Of a stretch of 64,000 nt of DNA, positions 11,936 through 21,709 are shown in pieces. The stretch covers positions 26,003 to 90,002 of the forward strand of contig JADFXH010000008.1 of the NCBI GenBank assembly GCA_015233675.1, in the 5' to 3' direction. Under the pieces are notes generated by a model that saw only the letters and a program-made list of their open reading frames with translations, did not search any database and was not told where the DNA came from. Made by a program: the position numbers and the translations under genes. The first letter of the stretch is position 1. Each line of letters starts with the position of its first letter. The stretch comes from Candidatus Omnitrophota bacterium (GTDB lineage: Bacteria > Omnitrophota > Gorgyraeia > Zapsychrales > Fredricksoniimonadaceae).

Positions 11936-12595
11936 TCATTGAAACATTAAGATCATACACGATGATGCCGTAAAAAAAACAGAAGAACAAATTATTTTCA
12001 ACAAAGACAGCCGTAAATTTTTAATGCCTAAAAGCACCCATAAAAGCCATAATGCCCACATGCTAATTACAACATAACTCACCAAGAGGGGCATCACCAT
12101 TTGCCATTGACCTTTTAATATCGTTAAATTGCCTAAAAGTAAAATATATTTATCGACAGGCCAAAGAGTAGCTAAAGCACTTAATACCATAGCCGGAATA
12201 ACTGTCGCAAGAACAACAACGGCGTCTCCAGCAAAAAAAATCTTCATTTTTTTTCCTGTCATATCTTCCACAGGTAATCCACGACGTAAGAAAAACCAGT
12301 CTTTAAAAAATAAAACGCCTGCAACAAAAGCCCAAACCCCTAGAATAAAATATAAAATTTTGGCTGTAAATATAAAATTCTTCTGTAAAACAAAAATCTG
12401 AGCAGGCCCAAAATTAAAAACCAAAATGCCAAGTGCATAAACCAAAACAAAATTAAAACGCAGCCAACCCGTTCGAAGAGATATCCTTTTGAGCCAAAGG
12501 CCATGAGTGATAAAAAAAGCACAGGTCATAAAAATACAAGGGTTAAGACCATCCCGTAAACCAGCTCCTGATACAGTAAAAATAAGATCATTCAT
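11936..12595 (-). CDS. polytopic membrane protein, function unknown
   Basis: 219 aa with about 6 hydrophobic helices. The N-terminal GLNPC motif is faintly reminiscent of CcdA/DsbD-type proteins but is not sufficient for a call. Confidence 0.5.
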   Translation of the reverse strand: MNDLIFTVSGAGLRDGLNPCIFMTCAFFITHGLWLKRISLRTGWLRFNFVLVYALGILVFNFGPAQIFVLQKNFIFTAKILYFILGVWAFVAGVLFFKDWFFLRRGLPVEDMTGKKMKIFFAGDAVVVLATVIPAMVLSALATLWPVDKYILLLGNLTILKGQWQMVMPLLVSYVVISMWALWLLWVLLGIKNLRLSLLKIICSSVFFTASSCMILMFQ

Positions 12596-12651
12596 TTACT
12601 TTAAAGTCAATTCTGTTATCGGCTCCCTCTCATCTTAAGGGAATAATAATC

Positions 12652-14238
12652 TTAAACCTTTATAGCTTTAACAAAAAGAATGTTCTTTGTTTGACGTAAT
12701 TTTTCAATAAGTGATTCTGGGATTTCACTGTCAACATTAACAACACTGACCGCAATTCCTTGCTGATTTTCACGACCTAAAGTAATGGCGGCGATATTAA
12801 TCTTTTCTGCAGCCAATAACGTACCAATAGCCCCCACAATACCGGGCTTATCATTGTTATTAATAAATAACATGTGCCCCTGAGGAACAGTTTCCATATA
12901 CACACTGTTGATCTTAACAATACGCGGCTGTTTATTACTGGACAAGGTCCCCAGCAAAGAAAATGGTTCTTTATCAGTACTGATATCCAGGGCGATGGCA
13001 TTGACATATTCGCCTTCCTGGTTGGAGACGATTTCTTTGATATTAACACCGCGCTCTTTCATCATAGACAAAGCATTAATGGTGTTGACATCTTCACCTA
13101 GAATCGGGGTTAATAACCCATGAGACAACGCCATGGTCACAGCTGTTACTTTTTCCTGAGCGACTGCCCCGCTATATGTAATAGTCACGTTGCTGATACG
13201 CCCCTGAACTAATTGACCGGCGAATTTCCCCATACGCTCTGCCAGACCCAAATACGGCTCAATGGCTTTGTATGATTCCAAAGACAGCGAAGGAAAATTA
13301 GCAGCATTGCGGATACCCGCTCCGCTAAGAGCATCTTTAACCGCATGGGCAATCTCAATAGCCACATTCAGTTGAGCTTCCGAAGTAGATGCGCCAAGAT
13401 GCGGTGTGGTTATGCAATTATCTAATTTAAAAAGCGGAGATTGGAAATCCGGAGGTTCAACCTCGTAAACGTCTAAAGCAGCGCCGGCAATACGCTTTTC
13501 CTGCAAAGCTTTTATCAAGGCCGCTTCATCAATAATGCCACCCCTGGCACAATTGATCAGCCGCACTGTTTTCTTCATTAAAGAAATTTGAGTCTCGCCG
13601 ATCATATGGGTAGTCTCATCTGTTTTAGGGATGTGAACCGTGATATAATCCGCAGTTTTATAAATTTCATTGAGATCTACTAATTTAATGCCATTTTTCT
13701 TGGCAATCTCCACGGATAAATACGGATCAAAGCCTAAAATCACCATGCCAAACGCCTGGGCCATTTTAGCGACCGTCGATCCGATACGTCCCAAACCGAT
13801 AATGCCCAGGCTCTTACCATAAAGCTCAACCCCAGTAAATTTAGAACGCTCCCACTTGCCGGACTTTAAAGAAGCAACAGCCTGCGGTATATTACGTGAA
13901 AGCGCCATGATCAGACTTATCGTTTGCTCAGCGGTAGAAGTAGTGTTGCCCGCCGGCGTATTCATAGCCACAACCCCTTTTTTAGTGGCAGCCTGTAAGT
14001 CTACGTTATCTAAACCAACGCCTGCACGCCCTATAACTTTTAATTTATCAGCGGCTTCAATGATCTGTGAAGTCACCTGAGTGCCGGAGCGTACGATCAA
14101 GGCATCATAATCCTTAATCACTCTCTGTAATTCGTCCGCAGGTATGCCGAATTTACAGTCAACGGTAAATCGCTTGTCTGCGGTTAAAATATCAAGACCT
14201 TCTTTTTCTAATTTATCACTGATTAAAATTTTGAACAT
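12652..14238 (-). CDS. serA: D-3-phosphoglycerate dehydrogenase (long form with ACT domain)
   Basis: 528 aa. NAD motif GIIGLGRIGSTVA, catalytic region NCARGGIIDE...TPHLGAST, and a C-terminal ACT-like regulatory domain. Confidence 0.92.
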   Translation of the reverse strand: MFKILISDKLEKEGLDILTADKRFTVDCKFGIPADELQRVIKDYDALIVRSGTQVTSQIIEAADKLKVIGRAGVGLDNVDLQAATKKGVVAMNTPAGNTTSTAEQTISLIMALSRNIPQAVASLKSGKWERSKFTGVELYGKSLGIIGLGRIGSTVAKMAQAFGMVILGFDPYLSVEIAKKNGIKLVDLNEIYKTADYITVHIPKTDETTHMIGETQISLMKKTVRLINCARGGIIDEAALIKALQEKRIAGAALDVYEVEPPDFQSPLFKLDNCITTPHLGASTSEAQLNVAIEIAHAVKDALSGAGIRNAANFPSLSLESYKAIEPYLGLAERMGKFAGQLVQGRISNVTITYSGAVAQEKVTAVTMALSHGLLTPILGEDVNTINALSMMKERGVNIKEIVSNQEGEYVNAIALDISTDKEPFSLLGTLSSNKQPRIVKINSVYMETVPQGHMLFINNNDKPGIVGAIGTLLAAEKINIAAITLGRENQQGIAVSVVNVDSEIPESLIEKLRQTKNILFVKAIKV

Positions 14239-14275
14239 ATACCGTCCTTATCCATTGGGGAGCTCTCTACTCATA

Positions 14276-15421
14276 CTAAACTTTAGCGTTAAGAGATTTT
14301 TGCGCGGCTGTTAGACCGGCGCCAAGTTCAAATTTATGGCCCATTTGATGCAATACTTTTTCCAGGCAAGCCAGCCCTGTAAGGACATCATATTCATCCA
14401 GCGCGCCCATGTGCGCCATGCGGATGACCTTACCCTTGAGGTGATCTTGCCCGCCCGCAAAGGTTATGCCATAAGTATCCCGCATAATTTTAGTTAACTT
14501 TTCCCCATCGATATTTGCAGGCACTTTCACCGCGGTCAACACATTAGTTGCACAAGATGGGTCAGGATATAATTCCAAGCCAATAGCGGAACATCCCGCA
14601 CGTACAGCACGGGCTAACTGCGCGTAACGCGCAAACATATTGTTTAGTCCGTCCTTTTTAATCATATTAAGGCTATCTACCAAAGCAATCAAAATTCCAA
14701 TAGCCGGGGTAAACGGAGTATCAGTTTTTTCCATCGCTTTTTTACATTCGCGCAAATCAAAATAATAACGAGGCGTCGTCGACATATTGATCAATTCAAT
14801 AGCCTTGGCAGATGCGCTCACAAAAGCCAGCCCCGGCGGAAGCATCAAACCCTTCTGCGAACCTGATACTACCACATCGCAATGCCATTCATCTGTTCTT
14901 ATCTCTTGAGCTGCCAGGCCTGATATGGCATCCACAACTAAAACAGCTTTAGTATTCTTAACGACTTCACCGATGGCTTTAACATCAGGAGTGACACCGG
15001 TAGAAGTCTCAGCTAAGGTAATAAACACGGCCTTGGTATCGGGATGAGCATTCAGCAAAGATTTAATTTCTCCCGCAGTTGGAGCCTTACCCCACTGTAC
15101 TTTATGTATGACCGTATTGGCTTTATACGTCTGGCAAAGTTCAACCCAGCGTTCACCAAATTTCCCTCCATCAACAGCAATAGCCTTGTCCCCAATAGAT
15201 AGCAAATTGACAACTGCCGCCTCCATAGCGCCGGAACCTGAAGAAGTTAAAATATAAATATCATTCTTAGTTTGAAAAACTTCTTTCAGGCCTTCCAGCG
15301 CCTGTTTAATATTATCCTGAAACTGAGGGGTACGGTGATGAATAATCGGCCGCCCTAAAGCTTCACAAAGTTGAGGAGGTACTTGTGTTGGCCCTGGAGT
15401 TAACAACAAATTACGTTTCAT
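14276..15421 (-). CDS. class V aminotransferase (serine-pyruvate/alanine-glyoxylate family), probable phosphoserine aminotransferase role
   Basis: 381 aa. The start MKRNLLLTPGPTQVP and the SGSQKGLMLPPGLAF PLP-lysine region are typical of the family. Adjacency to serA suggests the serine pathway (inference). Confidence 0.8.
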   Translation of the reverse strand: MKRNLLLTPGPTQVPPQLCEALGRPIIHHRTPQFQDNIKQALEGLKEVFQTKNDIYILTSSGSGAMEAAVVNLLSIGDKAIAVDGGKFGERWVELCQTYKANTVIHKVQWGKAPTAGEIKSLLNAHPDTKAVFITLAETSTGVTPDVKAIGEVVKNTKAVLVVDAISGLAAQEIRTDEWHCDVVVSGSQKGLMLPPGLAFVSASAKAIELINMSTTPRYYFDLRECKKAMEKTDTPFTPAIGILIALVDSLNMIKKDGLNNMFARYAQLARAVRAGCSAIGLELYPDPSCATNVLTAVKVPANIDGEKLTKIMRDTYGITFAGGQDHLKGKVIRMAHMGALDEYDVLTGLACLEKVLHQMGHKFELGAGLTAAQKSLNAKV

Positions 15422-15489
15422 ATTACTTGCCTTTCTGAATTAAAATCCCTCGCCAAATGGCTCGGGGTGACCCTGTAATTACATTAGGA

Positions 15490-16119
15490 TCATTTGGTTG
15501 CTTCGCCAAAATGAGCTATTACACCGTCAACTAAACCATAATCTTTAGACTCCTGAGCGGACATGAAAAAATCACGATCAGCGTCTTTGACTATCTTTTC
15601 AAGCGGCTGGCCGGTATGGTTAGCCAAAATTTTATTAAGTTCGTCTTTCATACGTAAAATTTCCTGGGCCTGAATGTGTATATCACTAGCCGTCCCCTGT
15701 GTGCCTCCCCAAGGCTGATGGATCATAATGCGGGCATTGGGTAGCGCGTAACGTTTTCCCTTGGCACCGGCAGTCAACAGTACAGCTCCCATACTCGCTG
15801 CCTGACCAATGCAACAGGTCACCACATCGGGCTTGACATATTGCATGGTATCATAGATAGCTAATCCTGCAGTCACAGAGCCGCCTGGAGAGTTAATGTA
15901 TAAGAAAATATCCTTCTCTTTGTCTTCAGACTGTAAAAATAAAAGCTGAGCGATAATCAAATTTGCCACATGATCATCTACCCCAGTGCCTAAAAAAACA
16001 ATCCGTTCTTTTAAGAGTCTCGAATAGATATCATAAGCGCGCTCGCCATGACCGGTTTTTTCGACTACCATCGGAACTAATAATTGAGACTTTTCCATTT
16101 GCATCTCCCTCCGTAGCAA
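15490..16119 (-). CDS. clpP: ATP-dependent Clp protease proteolytic subunit
   Basis: 209 aa. Motifs [40 protein letters not shown] (Ser) and IMIHQP (His). The likelier start is the ATG at 16098 (MEKSQ), which is 9 nt after GGAGGGAG. Confidence 0.93.
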   Translation of the reverse strand: MLRREMQMEKSQLLVPMVVEKTGHGERAYDIYSRLLKERIVFLGTGVDDHVANLIIAQLLFLQSEDKEKDIFLYINSPGGSVTAGLAIYDTMQYVKPDVVTCCIGQAASMGAVLLTAGAKGKRYALPNARIMIHQPWGGTQGTASDIHIQAQEILRMKDELNKILANHTGQPLEKIVKDADRDFFMSAQESKDYGLVDGVIAHFGEATK

Positions 16120-16124
16120 TTAAA

Positions 16125-17018
16125 TTATTTTGCCTCTTGCCAAGCGGCTTCTTTTAGCAATAACTCCATCACCTTGGCAGGCAGGCTGTCATTGGGATCA
16201 GTTGTAGTAATATTTTCAAGCCTGCCAATCTCTTCTAAAATCAAATAAATTTTAACTTCACGCTCAACCGCAGGTTCCAGCTGTACTCGCAGATCTTCTT
16301 CTTTTTTCTTGAGCTCTTCATCATTTAATCCTTGAGATTTAAGCCGCCGCAATGCCTCACCTAACCTATGATGCAGCTGGCGCTTAACCAAAGATTGAGG
16401 AACAATTAGTTTAGCATTTTTGAGCAATTCTTCCACAATTTGATTTTCCACATCCATACGATTGTTTCGGTCTTTATCAGATTCTAACTGATGTTTGAGT
16501 GCCGTTTTGAATTCTGCAAGACTCGGAAACCCCATTCCCTTGGCAAAACTATCATCGATAGTGACTTCTTGGTCTGCGCGTCCTTTTTTAAAAAACTCCA
16601 AGGTCTTTAAAACTTCTTCCTCAGTAACTTCGTTCTTTTTACGCACAACATTGATCCCTTTATATTTACTGATCTCAACTTCGGGACGAATGTCAAGTGT
16701 CGCAGTAAAAGTCAATACGCCGTCTTTAAGATTAACATCTGTAATTTCCGGAAGATCTATGGGATTTAATTGATGTTGACTAACTCCATCATGATAAGCT
16801 TGCGGAATAATTTTTTTAATGGTTTCATCCTTGGCTAATTGTCCATGGGAAACGTTTAAAATATGACGAGGGACTTTGCCGGGACGAAAACCTTTAACTT
16901 TTGCATGCTTGCCAATTTCATTATAAACAAGATCCATCTGTTCGGTAACTTTCTCCCGGGGGATTTCAAATTTCATTTCACGTTTTAAAGCATCAACTTT
17001 TTTAACTTCAACTTTCAT
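16125..17018 (-). CDS. tig: trigger factor lacking the PPIase (FKBP) domain
   Basis: 297 aa. The N-terminal ribosome-binding domain has the GFRPGKVP signature. The sequence then runs straight into the C-terminal arm domain, leaving ~100 aa of the middle domain absent. Upstream of clpP as usual. Confidence 0.82.
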   Translation of the reverse strand: MKVEVKKVDALKREMKFEIPREKVTEQMDLVYNEIGKHAKVKGFRPGKVPRHILNVSHGQLAKDETIKKIIPQAYHDGVSQHQLNPIDLPEITDVNLKDGVLTFTATLDIRPEVEISKYKGINVVRKKNEVTEEEVLKTLEFFKKGRADQEVTIDDSFAKGMGFPSLAEFKTALKHQLESDKDRNNRMDVENQIVEELLKNAKLIVPQSLVKRQLHHRLGEALRRLKSQGLNDEELKKKEEDLRVQLEPAVEREVKIYLILEEIGRLENITTTDPNDSLPAKVMELLLKEAAWQEAK

Positions 17019-17109
17019 GAGTTTCCCTTCCTTTTAGGTCCCTGCTTTCGCAAAGATAAATACGCCCAACAAATTAAGTTCACCCTCGATCCATAAATTA
17101 AGCACTTAT

Positions 17110-17832
17110 TTACATTGTAAACTTGTCCCCTAAATAAATTTTTCGTGCTTTAGGGTCATTGATCAAATCCTGGGCTGTACCCGAAATGAGCACCCGGCCA
17201 TCTGCAACAAGATACGCCCGATCGGTAATTGACAGCGTCTCACGGACATTATGATCTGTCAACAAAATCCCCAAACCTTTCTTTTTTAAATCTTTGATAA
17301 TTTCCTGGGCTTCGGCCACTACAATAGGGTCTATTCCGGAAAACGGCTCATCCAAAAGCAAAAACGAAGGATTGGTCACTAAGGCTCTGGTAATTTCCAA
17401 TCGTCGGCGTTCCCCTCCGGAAAGTGTATATGCCTTGGCACGTGCTAAATGTGAAATATTCAATTCTTCAAGCAATGACTCCAAGCGTTGTTTGCGCTGG
17501 GAAGGGCTGATATTTAAAGTTTCCAGGACCGCCATTATATTCTGCTCAACGGTAAGTTTACGAAAAATAGAACTTTCCTGCGCTAAATACCCCATCCCCA
17601 AACGGCAACGCTCATGGATCGGCTTGCTGGTAATATCCTCTTGGTCAAAAATTACCTGACCGCCTTGAGGACTGATAATGCCTACCACCATATAAAAGCT
17701 AGTGGTCTTGCCCGCTCCGTTGGGGCCTAAAAGCCCTACGATCTCCGAACGACCGACAGTAATGCTAAGGCCATCCACCACACGCCGGCCGCCATAAATT
17801 TTAACCAGGTTTTTTGCTTCTAATAAACGCAT
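17110..17832 (-). CDS. lptB: LPS export ABC transporter ATP-binding protein
   Basis: 240 aa. Walker A GPNGAGKTT, signature LSGGERRR, Walker B LLLDEP. Lies directly downstream of the OstA-domain gene and kdsC/kdsD. Confidence 0.9.
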   Translation of the reverse strand: MRLLEAKNLVKIYGGRRVVDGLSITVGRSEIVGLLGPNGAGKTTSFYMVVGIISPQGGQVIFDQEDITSKPIHERCRLGMGYLAQESSIFRKLTVEQNIMAVLETLNISPSQRKQRLESLLEELNISHLARAKAYTLSGGERRRLEITRALVTNPSFLLLDEPFSGIDPIVVAEAQEIIKDLKKKGLGILLTDHNVRETLSITDRAYLVADGRVLISGTAQDLINDPKARKIYLGDKFTM

Positions 17833-17848
17833 AAACTTCCTAAAGTGG

Positions 17849-18709
17849 TCACTTGCCTAAAGGCTGAAACATGCCTTTGCCTTTGGCACTGCCGGCATCA
17901 AAAACAATCTTAGGCCGGCCGGTCATGGTCAAAATCTGAGTATCTCCATCGTACACCATTTGATCCGAATAGCTGACATTGGGCCCCTGGATCGCCTTCA
18001 CATGTCCGGTGCATAAGGCTTTTTTAATATGTTTAGTCGCCTGATTAAACCATATTTCCATTTTATCAGAGTGAAGTTCTCGGCCAGTAGACGCCTCCAC
18101 CGCAATCACATGTGTATTAAACACAGCGTACATTGTTGCCTGATTCATCTGCATGGGACCATCAGACGTAATTGTTATAATCTGATTATCAGGATCACTC
18201 TGGGAATTAGTATTCACAACAGCTTTCACGTGCTTATTAACCTGTGCTTTTTTCAAATTAGGATGAGCCACCATCCCCTGACCTGTAACAACTCCCTGCT
18301 CATCCACAATTTTGACCGGATCCTGAGTACTTACCAAGTCTTTATTGCGATTATAATTTAAAGTGTCCGTGGTCATTTTAGTACCACGATCTACTGATGT
18401 GACGACCACGTTATCTTTCAAGTTCACGTTCCCATTAGTCTTGTCAATCGTTCCGTGATCAGCCGTTAAATTAGCCTGTTCCTTACCATAAAAATTAGCA
18501 TCCACGTTTGTAATTTGAATGTTTGACTCGGAAATATCCGCCTTGGCGCCGTTGATGTCCCAGGCTTTCTCACCGGAATTGGTATAACCGTTAAGATTAA
18601 ATCCCTGCAGCTGTTGTGATGCGGCAGCCGATTGCGTTGATTCATCCGCATGGGATACTATAGAATAAAATGCTAAAATCACCAAACAAAGAAAAATTTT
18701 AATGTTCAT
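17849..18709 (-). CDS. lptA: OstA/LptA-family periplasmic LPS transport protein (single long protein at the LptC/LptA position)
   Basis: 286 aa with a signal/anchor sequence MNIKIFLCLVILAFYSIVSHA. Beta-rich repetitive sequence follows, with N/T/D/G-rich OstA-like strands. Position between kdsC and lptB. Confidence 0.65.
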   Translation of the reverse strand: MNIKIFLCLVILAFYSIVSHADESTQSAAASQQLQGFNLNGYTNSGEKAWDINGAKADISESNIQITNVDANFYGKEQANLTADHGTIDKTNGNVNLKDNVVVTSVDRGTKMTTDTLNYNRNKDLVSTQDPVKIVDEQGVVTGQGMVAHPNLKKAQVNKHVKAVVNTNSQSDPDNQIITITSDGPMQMNQATMYAVFNTHVIAVEASTGRELHSDKMEIWFNQATKHIKKALCTGHVKAIQGPNVSYSDQMVYDGDTQILTMTGRPKIVFDAGSAKGKGMFQPLGK

Positions 18710-19208
18710 AAAGTTGGGGGCCCCAATTTCCCTGTGCTTGTAAAATCAATTCAATGACTTCCCTGACCGCTCCTCGTCCGCCTGTGCGGACTGTTACATG
18801 GTGCGCTATTTGTTTGATTTCAAAAACAGCGTTAGCGACCGCAACGCTTACACCGCAACGGCGCATAATATTGAAATCCGCTAAATCATCACCGATAAAA
18901 CAAACATCTTCATCACGCACTTTAAATTCTTCTAACATGCTCTCATAAGCACTGAGTTTAGGGTAGACCCCTACCCAAACCTTATCTATTTTTAAATCTT
19001 TAGCGCGATGGGCAACAACACCTGACTCACGTGCCGATATGATCGCAGTTTTAATCCCGCATTTCTTTAAAAACACAATCCCAAACCCGTCCTGCACGTC
19101 AAAATTCTTGGTTTCAACACCATTGCTGTCAACAATGATACGCCCGTCCGTGAGGACCCCGTCAACATCCATTGCCACGACTTTAATTTTTTTCAACGCA
19201 TCCTTCAT
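18699..19208 (-). CDS. kdsC: 3-deoxy-D-manno-octulosonate 8-phosphate phosphatase (HAD family)
   Basis: 169 aa. Motifs VVAMDVDGVLTDG and CFIGDDLAD. Follows kdsD. Confidence 0.88.
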   Translation of the reverse strand: MKDALKKIKVVAMDVDGVLTDGRIIVDSNGVETKNFDVQDGFGIVFLKKCGIKTAIISARESGVVAHRAKDLKIDKVWVGVYPKLSAYESMLEEFKVRDEDVCFIGDDLADFNIMRRCGVSVAVANAVFEIKQIAHHVTVRTGGRGAVREVIELILQAQGNWGPQLYEH

Positions 19209-20164
19209 CAGACCAACCCTGCTTTAAGCAAATCCTGCACGTCTAGAAGTCCAACCACACGGCCTGAATGATCCACCACCGGCAGCTCATCAATTTTTTT
19301 GGTTTTCAGCACATCAAACGCCTGCGCCGCCAGCTTTTCTTTTTGGATAAAAGAAGGGTTCTTGGTCATGACCTCGGATACCTTCTTTAGCAAAACTGCA
19401 GGGTCATCTTCCAGATGGCGGCGCAAATCTCCATCCGTGAAAATACCTAATAGTTTATGTTTCCGGTCCACCACACAGGCACAACCGCAGCGCGCTTTGG
19501 TAATCGTCCACAATACATCTTTAACCTTAGAGGTAGACATGACCAAGGCCAAAGAATTTTCACGACGCATAATATCTTCCACTTTTAACAAAAGCCGCCG
19601 GCCCAAACTGCCTCCGGGATGATACAAGGCAAAATCTTCCTTCTTAAACTTTTTACGGTCGATCAGGCAAGCAGCCAAAGCATCGCCCAAGGCCATGGTC
19701 ACCGTTGTTGATGCCATCGGAGCCAATCCTAAAGGACAGCCTTCAGATTTGACTCCAATATTCAGGATCAAATCTCCATAAGTGCCTAAGGTGGATTTAG
19801 AGTTACCTGTCATTACAATGATCTTAGCACCGATCTTCCTCACTAAAGGCAAAAGACGAACGGTCTCCTCAGTCTCTCCGCTTTGAGAGATAATGATCAC
19901 AACATCTTTCGCAGTAACTTGGCCCAAATCACCGTGCACCGCTTCAGCGCTATGCAAAAAAATGCTTGGGGTCCCGGTTGATGATAGGGTAGCTGCAATT
20001 TTTCGGGCAACAATACCGGTCTTGCCCATACCGCAGACAATAACACGGCCGGTGCATTTAGCAATGATGTCAACTGTGGCTTCAAAATCATGACCTAAAC
20101 GGCGCGTCATAAGATTAATGGCCCTGGCTTCTATAGTTAAAACTTCTTTGGCACGTTTAAGCAT
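19208..20164 (-). CDS. kdsD: arabinose-5-phosphate isomerase (SIS + tandem CBS)
   Basis: SIS motif VCGMGKTG...ISQSGET and a C-terminal CBS pair. The track start at 20191 is a TTG. The first ATG (20164, MLKRAKEVL) overlaps the kdsA stop by 8 nt. Confidence 0.9.
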   Translation of the reverse strand: MLKRAKEVLTIEARAINLMTRRLGHDFEATVDIIAKCTGRVIVCGMGKTGIVARKIAATLSSTGTPSIFLHSAEAVHGDLGQVTAKDVVIIISQSGETEETVRLLPLVRKIGAKIIVMTGNSKSTLGTYGDLILNIGVKSEGCPLGLAPMASTTVTMALGDALAACLIDRKKFKKEDFALYHPGGSLGRRLLLKVEDIMRRENSLALVMSTSKVKDVLWTITKARCGCACVVDRKHKLLGIFTDGDLRRHLEDDPAVLLKKVSEVMTKNPSFIQKEKLAAQAFDVLKTKKIDELPVVDHSGRVVGLLDVQDLLKAGLV

Positions 20165-20993
20165 ATTTATTTTTAGCCGTGATACGGTCAATGGCTATCA
20201 AGTCCTTTAGTAAATTTTCTAGTTTTTTTAAGGGCAGCGTATTGGGCCCGTCGGATAGGGCCTTAGATGGATCCGGATGGGTTTCCAAGAATATGGCATC
20301 AACACCTGCCGCAACAGCACAACGTGCCAAAAGGGGGATATGTTGACTCTCCCCTCCGGAAGAAGTCCCCAAACCTCCCGGCTTCTGCACGCTGTGAGTA
20401 GCATCAAAAACAACCGGATACCCTGAAGCTCTCATAATCGGCAAAGACCTGAAATCAGAAACCAGATTGTTATAACCAAAAGATACGCCCCGCTCGGTCA
20501 AAAGCAAATTATGATTACCAGCCTCATGCATTTTTTTGACAATGCCGCTGATATCCCAAGGCGCCATAAACTGCCCTTTTTTCACATTAACTGTTTTACC
20601 CGTCTTAGCCGCGGCAACGATCAAATCCGTTTGACGGCATAAAAAGGCAGGGATTTGTATAATATCCAGAATTTCCCCTGCCATCACTGCCTGATTAACA
20701 TCGTGAACATCGGATAAAATCGGCACTCCGAGCTTAGATTTAACTTGAGAAAGAACTTTAAGCCCCTCATAAAGTCCCGGTCCTCTAAAAGAATTGATCG
20801 ATGTGCGATTTGCTTTGTCGTAACTCGCTTTAAAAACAAAAGGTATCCTTAATTTTGATGTGATTTTTTGGATAGCTTCCGCGATCTTTAGTGTGCCGTG
20901 TAAAGACTCAATCACACAAGGACCGGCGATCAGCACTAAAGGCTTTTTACCGCCGATGGTCACTTTATCATTTATTTTAATTTGTCGAACCAT
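20157..20993 (-). CDS. kdsA: 3-deoxy-8-phosphooctulonate synthase
   Basis: 278 aa. Motifs LIAGPCVIES, FKASYDKANRTS and DATHSVQKPGG. Confidence 0.94.
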   Translation of the reverse strand: MVRQIKINDKVTIGGKKPLVLIAGPCVIESLHGTLKIAEAIQKITSKLRIPFVFKASYDKANRTSINSFRGPGLYEGLKVLSQVKSKLGVPILSDVHDVNQAVMAGEILDIIQIPAFLCRQTDLIVAAAKTGKTVNVKKGQFMAPWDISGIVKKMHEAGNHNLLLTERGVSFGYNNLVSDFRSLPIMRASGYPVVFDATHSVQKPGGLGTSSGGESQHIPLLARCAVAAGVDAIFLETHPDPSKALSDGPNTLPLKKLENLLKDLIAIDRITAKNKYA

Positions 20994-21709
20994 GCCTGGG
21001 CTTTCTGTAAATCTTGCGGAGTGTCTACCGCGATCGATTCAAAATCGGTTACTGTTGTTTTTATTTTTATTCCGCGCTCCAGCACCCGCAACTGCTCAAG
21101 TTCTTCGGCGGATTCTAAAACACCTTTAGGCCAATCTTTGTACTGCATCAAAAATTCTTTACGGTACGCGTAAAGGCCCAAATGCTTATAATTTTTTGTT
21201 CTTAGAGATGCGTTCTTATTCCGATGATACGGAATGGGTGATCTGGAAAAATATAAAGCAAACCCCTGATCGTCCACAACACATTTGACCACATTAGGAT
21301 TTAAGAAATCCGCATCATCCGTGATTTCCTTGATCACAGTACCCATCATAATTTTAGAATCCTGCTTTAAAAGAACACTTAAAGCCTCTATGGTCCGTGA
21401 ATCAATAAAAGGCTCATCCCCCTGGATATTGACCACGATATCCACTTTTAAGTCCTTAACTGCTTCAGCAATACGGTCAGACCCTGAAGGATGATTACAA
21501 TCCGTCATCACTACCCGTGCTTTAAAATTTTGAGCCGCCTTAAAAACATCCTCATGGTCGCAGGCAATCAGCACTTCGTCAAGTTCTTTACACAGGCAGG
21601 CTTTCTGCCACACATGCCAGATCAACGGTTTCCCGCCTATTTTTGCCAAAACTTTAGCAGGAAAACGTGTAGAGGCAAAACGTGCGGGAATGACCCCGAT
21701 GGCTTTCAT
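20972..21709 (-). CDS. kdsB: 3-deoxy-manno-octulosonate cytidylyltransferase (CMP-Kdo synthetase)
   Basis: 245 aa. Motifs GVIPARFASTRFPAKVL and VNIQGDEPFI. Confidence 0.93.
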   Translation of the reverse strand: MKAIGVIPARFASTRFPAKVLAKIGGKPLIWHVWQKACLCKELDEVLIACDHEDVFKAAQNFKARVVMTDCNHPSGSDRIAEAVKDLKVDIVVNIQGDEPFIDSRTIEALSVLLKQDSKIMMGTVIKEITDDADFLNPNVVKCVVDDQGFALYFSRSPIPYHRNKNASLRTKNYKHLGLYAYRKEFLMQYKDWPKGVLESAEELEQLRVLERGIKIKTTVTDFESIAVDTPQDLQKAQAWFDKLK

